64,000 nt of DNA from Thermoplasmata archaeon (GTDB taxonomy: Archaea; Thermoplasmatota; Thermoplasmata; Lutacidiplasmatales; UBA184): contig JAWOKS010000027.1 of the NCBI GenBank assembly GCA_033854115.1, forward strand, positions 17,290-81,289. Direction: 5' to 3'. Position numbers and translations under genes: made by a program. Positions 56,754-64,000 of the stretch are shown one piece after another. Under the pieces are notes generated by a model that was not told the DNA's origin, made no database searches, and was given only the letters and a program-made list of their open reading frames with translations. Each line of letters starts with the position of its first letter. Within the stretch, counting starts at the first letter, position 1.

Positions 56754-58507
56754 CCCCAGAACGGGTGGACCGCGCGACGCATGCGGACGACCTCGTCGAG
56801 CGCCTCGCGCTCGCGCGGGGTGAGGGGCTGGTCCTTGAGCGCGCGGGCCGCGGACTCCGGAAGGACCACCCAGAGGACATCCTTCTCCCGGAGGTTGCGC
56901 CCGACCACCGCCCCGTCGATCGACGCGGCGAGCTCGTCGCCTTCCGGGGCCTCGCTCACGGAAGTGTTCTCCCGCTGGAGGCTCTTGAGGACCCCGACCT
57001 CGGTCCCGTCCGAGCGCATGAGGCGGACCCCGGGCCTAAGGGTCCCCCCGACGACCCGGATCCCGACGATCGCCGGCTTCGACATCCGGAAGACGAACCC
57101 CTCGAGGACCTCGAGCTTGGCGGGGTGCACGAGCTCAGCCCGCCGCGCCGCCTCGACCTCGCGGGTGCGGACGGCCTTCCACGCGAGGTACTCCTCGATC
57201 GACCGGTACATCACGTCCGCGCGGAACAGGTGGACCTGGTCGCCCGCCTCGGCCACGGCGTCCTGGAGGATCGGGACCCCGAACGCGAGCACCGCGCGGT
57301 GGACGGGGTCGTGTACGCTCGCGATCTTCATGACGGTCGACCGGCCGACCGGCCCGACCCCCGCCTCGTGGACCGGGATCCCCTTCTCGCGGCATTCGAA
57401 GGCGAGCGCCTCGAGGCCGCCGAGCGTGTCCGCGTAGATCGCGACGCCGCTCTCGGCGAGCTCGGCGACCGGGCGCGAGGCGGCGGCGAGCTCGCTCCGG
57501 ACCGTCTCGGCCTCCTCGGCGCTCCGGACGACCCGGAGGAGGCCCCCCGGCATCGCCTCCTCGATCCCGGGGGCCGCGAGGTAGACGCCCGCGGCCGCCC
57601 GGACCTCGTCGAGGGATTCGAGGCGGGTCGGACCCTTCCCCCGCGTCGACTTCACCGGTTGCGGCCGGTAGATCCCGCGGACCCGGCTCGCGAACGGCTC
57701 GAGCCGACCCGTCACGACGATCTCGTCGCCGACCTTGAGGCGGCCGCGGTAGACGATCACGCTCCCGACCGGGCCGACGCCCTTCTGGTCGCTCCGCTCG
57801 AGGATCGTCGCCTCGCCCCCGTCCCGGACGAGGACGAGCTCCTCCGCGAGGAACCGCTGCGAGAGGCCGACCAAGAGCGCGATCAGCTCCGGCACCCCGA
57901 CGCCGGTCTTCGCGGAGACCGGGACGATCCCGACGTTGTGCGTGAAGTCGCGCACCCGGTCGTAGCGGTCCGCGCTGAAGCCGAGTTGGTCGAGCTCCTC
58001 CGCGACCGCGTAGAGGCGCTGGTCGACCAGCTTCGCGAACTCCGAGCCGCTCCGCGTGAGCTGCTCGGCGAGCGGCACCGGGCCCGAGACCTTCCGCCAG
58101 CCCGAAAGGAGATCGATCTTCGTGAGCGCGATCGCGAACGGCGTCTTCTCGCGCCGGAGGATCTGGATCGACTCGCGCGTCTGTGGCATGACCCCCTCGC
58201 GCGCGTCGACGACGAGGACCGCGAGGTCGGCGAGCGCGCCGCCCCGCCGTCGCATCGTCTCGAACGAGCGGTGGCCCGGCGTGTCGACGAAGAGGAGCCC
58301 GGGGACGACGAGCTGGCCCTGCTTCAGGACGGTCTCGGCGAGGTGACGGACGGTCGGACCCGGCACCTCGATCGCGCCGATGTGCTGGGTGATCCCGCCC
58401 GCCTCGCGCGCCGCCCGGACGCTGCCCGAGATGCGGTCGAGGAGCGTTGTCTTCCCGTGGTCGACGTGCCCGAGGAGCGAGACGATCGGCTCGCGCAGCT
58501 CCGCCAC
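56747..58507 (-). CDS. infB: Translation initiation factor aIF5B (IF-2)
   Basis: LGHVDHGKT, EAGGITQHIGA, DTPGH, TKID, VSAKTG, C-terminal PFWG. Confidence 0.97.
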   Translation of the reverse strand: MAELREPIVSLLGHVDHGKTTLLDRISGSVRAAREAGGITQHIGAIEVPGPTVRHLAETVLKQGQLVVPGLLFVDTPGHRSFETMRRRGGALADLAVLVVDAREGVMPQTRESIQILRREKTPFAIALTKIDLLSGWRKVSGPVPLAEQLTRSGSEFAKLVDQRLYAVAEELDQLGFSADRYDRVRDFTHNVGIVPVSAKTGVGVPELIALLVGLSQRFLAEELVLVRDGGEATILERSDQKGVGPVGSVIVYRGRLKVGDEIVVTGRLEPFASRVRGIYRPQPVKSTRGKGPTRLESLDEVRAAAGVYLAAPGIEEAMPGGLLRVVRSAEEAETVRSELAAASRPVAELAESGVAIYADTLGGLEALAFECREKGIPVHEAGVGPVGRSTVMKIASVHDPVHRAVLAFGVPILQDAVAEAGDQVHLFRADVMYRSIEEYLAWKAVRTREVEAARRAELVHPAKLEVLEGFVFRMSKPAIVGIRVVGGTLRPGVRLMRSDGTEVGVLKSLQRENTSVSEAPEGDELAASIDGAVVGRNLREKDVLWVVLPESAARALKDQPLTPREREALDEVVRMRRAVHPFWGQ

Positions 58508-58531
58508 GGTGCGCCGACCGACGGGGGACCC

Positions 58532-59926
58532 TTATCGTTTGGGCGGGCCCGCCGAGCGGCCCCGACGGCGGGCGACGGGGCCGGGAGGTTCCGCTCCGAC
58601 CGCCAGGGTCAGGTCCTCGAGCGACCCCGCGACGAGGGGCACGACGAGCTCGGCCGGTTCGAGGCCGCCGTGCGCGCCCAGCATCGGTCGTCGGGCCCCC
58701 GCGCGCCCGGGCATGGTGTAGGTGATCCCCCCGGGGCTCGGGATGAGGACGACGAGGTCGCCGATCCGCTCCTCGAGCTCGGGGTGGAACGGCGGCGGGC
58801 CGAACAGGCCTTCCCGCAGCGCCCGACCGGCATCGAGGGCTCGGGCGCCGGCGGGCAGGCGCGCAACGACCTCCTCCGCCAAGCGATCGGCCTGACCCGG
58901 CCGGGCCCGAAGGAGCGCGGCCCGGCGGTCCCCGGACGGTGGACGCGCGAGGAGGGCCTCGATCGCGGGTTCGCGGTCGACCGCGAGCTGCCGCTCGGGG
59001 TCGGACGGTACCAGCCCGTGATCGGCCGTGACGAGCACCGTGAGCGCACGGGCCCGCCGCGGACCGAGCTCGCGCGCGACGAACGTGAGGAGCGCGCCGA
59101 GCTGCTCGAGCTCGAGGGCCACGGCGCCGGACCCCGGACCGCGCAGATGCTCGAGCGCGTCCAGCTCGTCCCAGTAGGCAAGCGTGAGCGGGGGCGGGGA
59201 GTCCGCGGCCAGGGTCTCGACGAGCCGTCCGGCGAAGTCGCTCAGGGTCGCGTAGGGGAGGTAGGCCGCCCCGTCGTAGAGGAGGCGGGTGAACCCGTGG
59301 CCGTCGAAGCGATCGCGGGAGATCGCGACCGCAGGGACCCCGCTCGCCCGGAAGACCGTGGGGGCGCCCGAGACCAGCTCGGGGGTCCACGCGGGGCCCA
59401 CCAGCGCCTCCTCGGCGGCCACTCCGAGCGGCGACATGTGGAGGAGCTCGACGACCGCCCCGAAGCGGGGAAGGTAGGCCCGATGCCCGACGAGCCCGTG
59501 CCGGGCGGGGGCGGAGGCGGTGGAGAGGCTCGTGAGCGCGACCGTCGTCGTGCTCGGGAAGACGGTCGTGATGGGTCGGGTGTGCGCGAGCCACGCCCGC
59601 GCGGGGGCCGACCCCCGCTCGGCGAGGTCGGCGAGGCGGTCGAGCCCGAGACCGTCGACCACGAAGAGGAGCACCGGGCCCTCGGCCCGCCTACCCTGGA
59701 ACGGATCGACCTCGTCGGCGAGGGGCGGCAGGGTCCCCTCGGCCGGCTCCCGGCCGAGCGCCCGAACGAGCGAGGCCGCGACGTTGGGCACGGAGCGGCC
59801 CCCGTAGGCGGGGAGCGGGACCCCGAGCGGCCCGCGGGATGCGATCAGGTCCTCGATCTGCCGGTCCCATCGCCCGCGCTGCCGGAAAGGCCGGGACGGG
59901 GACGTTTCGCGAGCTTGGTCCGACAC
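58532..59926 (-). CDS. Alkaline phosphatase-superfamily nucleotide pyrophosphatase/phosphodiesterase
   Basis: VVDGLG, TVFPSTT, LDALEH, TADHG, GAHGG. Confidence 0.85.
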   Translation of the reverse strand: MSDQARETSPSRPFRQRGRWDRQIEDLIASRGPLGVPLPAYGGRSVPNVAASLVRALGREPAEGTLPPLADEVDPFQGRRAEGPVLLFVVDGLGLDRLADLAERGSAPARAWLAHTRPITTVFPSTTTVALTSLSTASAPARHGLVGHRAYLPRFGAVVELLHMSPLGVAAEEALVGPAWTPELVSGAPTVFRASGVPAVAISRDRFDGHGFTRLLYDGAAYLPYATLSDFAGRLVETLAADSPPPLTLAYWDELDALEHLRGPGSGAVALELEQLGALLTFVARELGPRRARALTVLVTADHGLVPSDPERQLAVDREPAIEALLARPPSGDRRAALLRARPGQADRLAEEVVARLPAGARALDAGRALREGLFGPPPFHPELEERIGDLVVLIPSPGGITYTMPGRAGARRPMLGAHGGLEPAELVVPLVAGSLEDLTLAVGAEPPGPVARRRGRSAGPPKR

Positions 59927-59944
59927 CGTCGTCCCCCGGCACTC

Positions 59945-61120
59945 CTAGGCCGTCCGGCGCTGCCGGCCGGGACGGAAGTCATCGAGCGAGACCTGGCGCT
60001 GGCTCCGTTCGGTGAGGCGCTCGACCCGGACCGAGACCGTTCGCACGGGCCGGCGCCGGCCTGCCCGCTCGGCGGAGAGGAGGGCGCGCGCGAGCCGCTC
60101 CGCCTCCTCGATGAGCACCGGCGAGCCTTCCCGGGCGGCCGGGAGGGTCCGCCCGCGCTGGGTCCGCTCGAAGTCACGCCAGCGGAGCGCGACCGCGACG
60201 GCGCCGTAGCGCAGGCCTTCCTCCTCGACCGACCGCGCCAGCTCCCCGGCGAGGCGACGGACGGCCTCGAGGACCTCGTCGACCGTCTCGGCGTCCCGGG
60301 CGAACGTGTGGTCGACCGAGCGGCTGCGGGGCTCGGTCGACTCGTCGACGGGTTCGTGGGGCTCGCCGCGGGCCAGATCGATGAGCTCGCGGGCGAAGCC
60401 GCCGAGGTCGCGCAGGAGGCTCGCGGGTCGCGCGGTGGCGAGCTCGCCGATGGTGCGGATCCCGTGATGGTGGAGGACCTCCTCGGTCCTCGGTCCGACC
60501 CCGGGGATCGCCCGGACGGGGAGCGGCGCGAGGAACGCCGCGACCTCGCCCGGCCCGACGAGCAGCACCCCGCCCGGCTTCGCGCGATCGCTCGCCATCT
60601 TCGCGACGACGCGCGACGTCGCGACCCCGATCGACGCGCCGAGCCCGAGGCGCTCCTTGAGCTCCGCCTGGACGCCGAGCGCCATCGTCCGGGCCTCCTC
60701 CGCGCGGTCGAGGCCGCTCAGGAGCGCGCACTCGTCGATGCTGTAGGGGACCAGCACGCGCGCGTGAGGTCGCAGGAGCTCGCGCACCTCGTGCGCGAGC
60801 CGCTCGTACTTCGGAAAGTCGGGAGGGATCCAGACCGCTTCCGGGCAGAGGCGCAGGGCCGTGTGGACCGGCATCGCGCTCCGCACGCCGAACGCCCGGG
60901 CCTCGTAGCTCGCGCTGAGCACGACGCCGCGGCTCGGCGCCTCGGTCGGTGGCGGGCCGACGATCACGGCCCGGCCCGCGAGCTCGGGCCGGTCGCGCAG
61001 CTCGCAGGCGACGTAGTAGGCGTCAAGGTCGACGTAGAGGACCCACTCCGCCGGCCCCGTCCGGGAGGGCGGGGCCCCGAGGAGCTCGCCCGGGAGTTCC
61101 ACCGCCGGAAGACCGCGCAT
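59945..61120 (-). CDS. dinB: Y-family DNA polymerase IV
   Basis: YVDLDAYY, ASYEARAFGV, SIDE, AKMASD..KP.G, IPGVG. Confidence 0.92.
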   Translation of the reverse strand: MRGLPAVELPGELLGAPPSRTGPAEWVLYVDLDAYYVACELRDRPELAGRAVIVGPPPTEAPSRGVVLSASYEARAFGVRSAMPVHTALRLCPEAVWIPPDFPKYERLAHEVRELLRPHARVLVPYSIDECALLSGLDRAEEARTMALGVQAELKERLGLGASIGVATSRVVAKMASDRAKPGGVLLVGPGEVAAFLAPLPVRAIPGVGPRTEEVLHHHGIRTIGELATARPASLLRDLGGFARELIDLARGEPHEPVDESTEPRSRSVDHTFARDAETVDEVLEAVRRLAGELARSVEEEGLRYGAVAVALRWRDFERTQRGRTLPAAREGSPVLIEEAERLARALLSAERAGRRRPVRTVSVRVERLTERSQRQVSLDDFRPGRQRRTA

Positions 61121-61173
61121 CGACCGATCGGTCCGGGGAGGCGCCGCGACCTCAAAATCCCGGGGGTCGGAGG

Positions 61174-61896
61174 CTACCCGCCAAGGTCGACCGCCTTCGC
61201 GTCGACCGAGAGGCCCGTCGGGCCGATCGTGTAGGGCTGGACGGTCCGCACGTGCGGGGTCCGTCGCATCTTGAGGATCCTGAGGGCGAGCCCCACGCGG
61301 TGGCCGTCCGCCGCCGTCCGGTAGCCGAGAACGACCACCCCGTCCGCGACGTACTCCGAGAGGCCGTCGCGGCTCACCTCGGTGTGCCGGGGGTCCGCCT
61401 CGGCCGTGAGCACGGTCGTCGCCCCCGCCGAACGGCAGGCGGCTGCGAGCGCGAACAGCGTGGCGCGGCGTCCGGCCTCGTCGTCGCTCAGCATGTTGAG
61501 CAGCGAGACCGAGTCGACCACGATCCGGCGCGCGCCGAGCCCCTTCAGCTCCTGGGCGAGCTCCCCCTGGATGCGGTGGAGGCTCTGCTTGGTCTCCTTC
61601 GGGTCGAGGCGGACGACCTTGAGGAGCCCACCGCGGACGGCCGCGTCGGCCGGCCAGCCGAACTGGCGCGCGGTGTCGAGGAGCTGGGGGACGTCCTCCT
61701 CGAGCGAGAGGTAGACGCCCTTCTCGTCGCGGCGCGTGCCCTCGATGAGGAACTGGAGCGCGAGGCAGGTCTTCCCCGTGCCGGGCGGCCCGGTGACGAG
61801 GACGACGTGGCCGCCCGGGATCCCCCCGCCGAGCATCTCGTCGAGGCCGGCGATGCCGGTTGGGACCTTCGCGGGGGCGTTCTCAGACGCGCTCAT
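61174..61896 (-). CDS. RAD55/KaiC-like ATPase (intact Walker A)
   Basis: TGIAGLDEML.GG, GPPGTGKT, SLEE, VVDS, ILKMR. Confidence 0.9.
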   Translation of the reverse strand: MSASENAPAKVPTGIAGLDEMLGGGIPGGHVVLVTGPPGTGKTCLALQFLIEGTRRDEKGVYLSLEEDVPQLLDTARQFGWPADAAVRGGLLKVVRLDPKETKQSLHRIQGELAQELKGLGARRIVVDSVSLLNMLSDDEAGRRATLFALAAACRSAGATTVLTAEADPRHTEVSRDGLSEYVADGVVVLGYRTAADGHRVGLALRILKMRRTPHVRTVQPYTIGPTGLSVDAKAVDLGG

Positions 61897-62791
61897 ACTG
61901 CGTGGTCACCAGCCCGCTCGCCGCGTTCACGCGGATCACGAACCGGCCCTGGTACTCGGGCGGGAGCCGCGAGAGGACCGGCATGAACTTCGGGATCAGC
62001 ATCGACCGCTGGCGGTGCGAGGAGTTCGCGCTCGTCGTCCAGCGGAACTGAAGGACCCCGTCGACCGAGTCGGTGATCGCCTGCTCGACCGCGGGGGGCA
62101 CGACGCCGGCCGTGAGCAGGAGGTAGACGATCCCGCCCCAGCTCTTTGCGCGGCGTCGGAGCCCCTTCAGCATCGTGAGGACATCGTTCGCGCCGATCCC
62201 CTGGCGGACGAGGAGGTCGGTGAGCGAGTCGACGACGACCAGGTTGTGCGCCCCGCTCGCGTCGAGGGCGTCCGCGAGGCCGCGGAGCGGTCCGTCGGCC
62301 GTGCCCGGCGCCGGCGCGCTGAGGATCGGGCCCCCGAGGGAGGCCCACGCCGAGGGCACGACGCTGTCGCGGAAGTACGAAGGGGAGAGGTCGTGGAAGG
62401 CGAGGTGCCGGGCGAGGACCTCGGGGTACGAGCCGCCGAACGCCCCGCGCATCTCGTCGAGCACCTGCTCCTGGGAGCGGCTCATGCTGACGTAGGCGAC
62501 GCCCTCGGGGTAGGTGAACGGGCCGCGGGCGCTGCCAAGGTAGAACCGGTGGAGGTCGGGGTCGTCGTAGTGGAGCATCAGGTGGACCGCCGAGGTCAGG
62601 GCGAACTCCTGGTGGCCCGCCCCGGCCTCCCCGATCAGGAGGACGACCGAACCGGCGGGCACGCCGCCCGTGAGGTAGTCGAAGTCCGGCACCCCGGTGG
62701 GCACGCGCGGCAGCGCGCCCGCGAGGTCCGCTTGCGGGATCGCGTGGCCCGAGAGCGGCGGAACGAACGGGCGAAGGCCATCGGTCCACAT
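61883..62791 (-). CDS. RAD55/KaiC-like protein with degenerate Walker A
   Basis: TGVPDFD..TGG, GEAGAGHQEF, VVDSL, DSVDGV. Confidence 0.75.
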   Translation of the reverse strand: MWTDGLRPFVPPLSGHAIPQADLAGALPRVPTGVPDFDYLTGGVPAGSVVLLIGEAGAGHQEFALTSAVHLMLHYDDPDLHRFYLGSARGPFTYPEGVAYVSMSRSQEQVLDEMRGAFGGSYPEVLARHLAFHDLSPSYFRDSVVPSAWASLGGPILSAPAPGTADGPLRGLADALDASGAHNLVVVDSLTDLLVRQGIGANDVLTMLKGLRRRAKSWGGIVYLLLTAGVVPPAVEQAITDSVDGVLQFRWTTSANSSHRQRSMLIPKFMPVLSRLPPEYQGRFVIRVNAASGLVTTQYERV

Positions 62792-62824
62792 CGGACGGAA
62801 TGCTCGAGCGGACGGACGCCGGAC

Positions 62825-64000
62825 TCAGGTATTAGTAGCCTCGGCTCGAGCGGCGGCGCGGGCCCCTCCGTCCGCCTCCCCCTTCAGGAATTCGCGCAGG
62901 AAGACGGTCGCGTAGGCGCCCTTCGGAAGCGCGAACCGGAACCAGACGCCGTTCGCATCGGCCTCGAGCCCGAGCGGAGGAACGGGCACGAGGAGCGCCC
63001 GCCAGGCGCCCCGGCTCGCGAGCTCGGGGGTCGCGGGCAGGTCGAACGACGCCGGGCGGAGGCCTTCGGCCTCGAGCAGCTCGCGGACGAACCGGGCCGG
63101 CCCGGTCGCGGGCAGCTCGGTCGCCGAGCCGACGAGCGGCCCCGCGACGAACGCCCGTCCCCGCCGGACCAGTTCGTCGCACTCGGGGAGGTTCTCCGGG
63201 CCGACCGGCACCGCGTCGCCCGCCCGGAGCGTGCCGTCGCGGCCGAGGCGGAGGATCCGGTCGCCCTCCGCGGGGCGGTCGAGCGCGAGGCCGGCCTCGT
63301 GGCGCGCGGTGAGGTAGCGGTTGAACAGGTAGGCCTGGAAGGCGTGCACGAAGAGGCGGCGGAGCTCGAACGGGAGCGCCCGGAGCGCGCGCGCCGGCGC
63401 GTCGCCCCGCGCGAGGCGCCCGAGGATCGCCCGCTCGAACCGGTACTCGCTCGGGAACTCGCGGAGCGCCCGCCCGGGGTCCCGGTGCTCCTCGAACGCC
63501 GCCCGCGCCCCGTCCCCGGCCCCCGGCACCCCGGTCGCCGGACGGTCGAAGAGGTAGACCTCCACCGCCCGGGCGAGGTCCCCCCGGACGATCCAGCGGC
63601 CGACCTCGTGGGTCACGGGGCGGACCTCGCCGAACCGCTGGGCCCCGAAGAAGTTCGGGACCCCGCCGGCCTGGCGCAGCTCCGCCTCGACCGCGCGGTA
63701 CCGTCGGACCGCGTCCGCCGGGTCGGGGACCTCCCCGACGTGGATCTCGAACGCGTTCGCGTAGTGCTGGCCGAGCGCGAGCCCGTCCCGGGCAGGGTAG
63801 GCGTCGAGGAGCCGCACGCCCGAGAGGCCGAGCTCGCCGGCGGGCGGCTGCCCCCGGTACGCGAAGAGGCGCTCGGAGACGGCGCGGCGGTCCTTCGTCC
63901 CCGACCACGCCACGGCCCGGGGGGCGAGCCCGAGCCGGCGGGCGATCGCGGCCGCGAGCTCGTGCTGCTCCCAGTCGCGGCTCTCCACGCGAAGGACCGT
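62825..64000 (-). CDS. truD: tRNA pseudouridine(13) synthase, 5' end outside window
   Basis: GTKDRRAVS, PNFFGAQRFG, FVHAFQAYLFN, FALPKGAYAT..LRE. Confidence 0.93.
   Translation of the reverse strand, partial: TVLRVESRDWEQHELAAAIARRLGLAPRAVAWSGTKDRRAVSERLFAYRGQPPAGELGLSGVRLLDAYPARDGLALGQHYANAFEIHVGEVPDPADAVRRYRAVEAELRQAGGVPNFFGAQRFGEVRPVTHEVGRWIVRGDLARAVEVYLFDRPATGVPGAGDGARAAFEEHRDPGRALREFPSEYRFERAILGRLARGDAPARALRALPFELRRLFVHAFQAYLFNRYLTARHEAGLALDRPAEGDRILRLGRDGTLRAGDAVPVGPENLPECDELVRRGRAFVAGPLVGSATELPATGPARFVRELLEAEGLRPASFDLPATPELASRGAWRALLVPVPPLGLEADANGVWFRFALPKGAYATVFLREFLKGEADGGARAAARAEATNT

Noticed and set aside
56765..61234. 1489-aa plus-strand ORF and many other long alternative-frame ORFs
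   Set aside because: Antisense shadows of real genes (aIF5B, phosphodiesterase, dinB); Arg/Pro/Gly-rich with no motifs, as expected at high GC
61174..62791. Circadian KaiC clock
   Set aside because: Single-domain proteins and no kaiA or kaiB

Overview
High-GC archaeal DNA, most likely a Thermoplasmatota lineage. This is inferred from TFB, aIF5B, TruD, RAD55/KaiC-like ATPases, HTH_10 regulators, thermopsin-type repeat surface proteins and a tRNA-Gln with an A1:U72 pair. Housekeeping-type genes lie at both ends. A lower-GC accessory region follows tRNA-Gln (about 6.3-19.3 kb) and holds a RelE-type toxin-antitoxin pair, an ammonium transporter, two convergent class III cyclase-TPR paralogues and several pseudogenes. 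The main finding is a compact, apparently co-transcribed operon at 33.2-40.3 kb (oah-bcrB-bcrA-bcrD-bcrC-dch-had) encoding the ring-reduction and ring-cleavage steps of the anaerobic benzoyl-CoA pathway. Its reductase looks mosaic and its Oah carries a zinc-ribbon tail. Next to it are a divergent crotonase, an HTH_10 regulator and a haem/copper module (radical SAM, CopD-like protein, ferrochelatase, cupredoxin). Also notable are two cupredoxins with a CuA-like C-x3-C site lacking the second His (one fused to a His-containing polytopic membrane protein), a probable ArcE-type arginine synthetase and a divergent TFB. All family calls come from motif recognition by eye; no database search was run.
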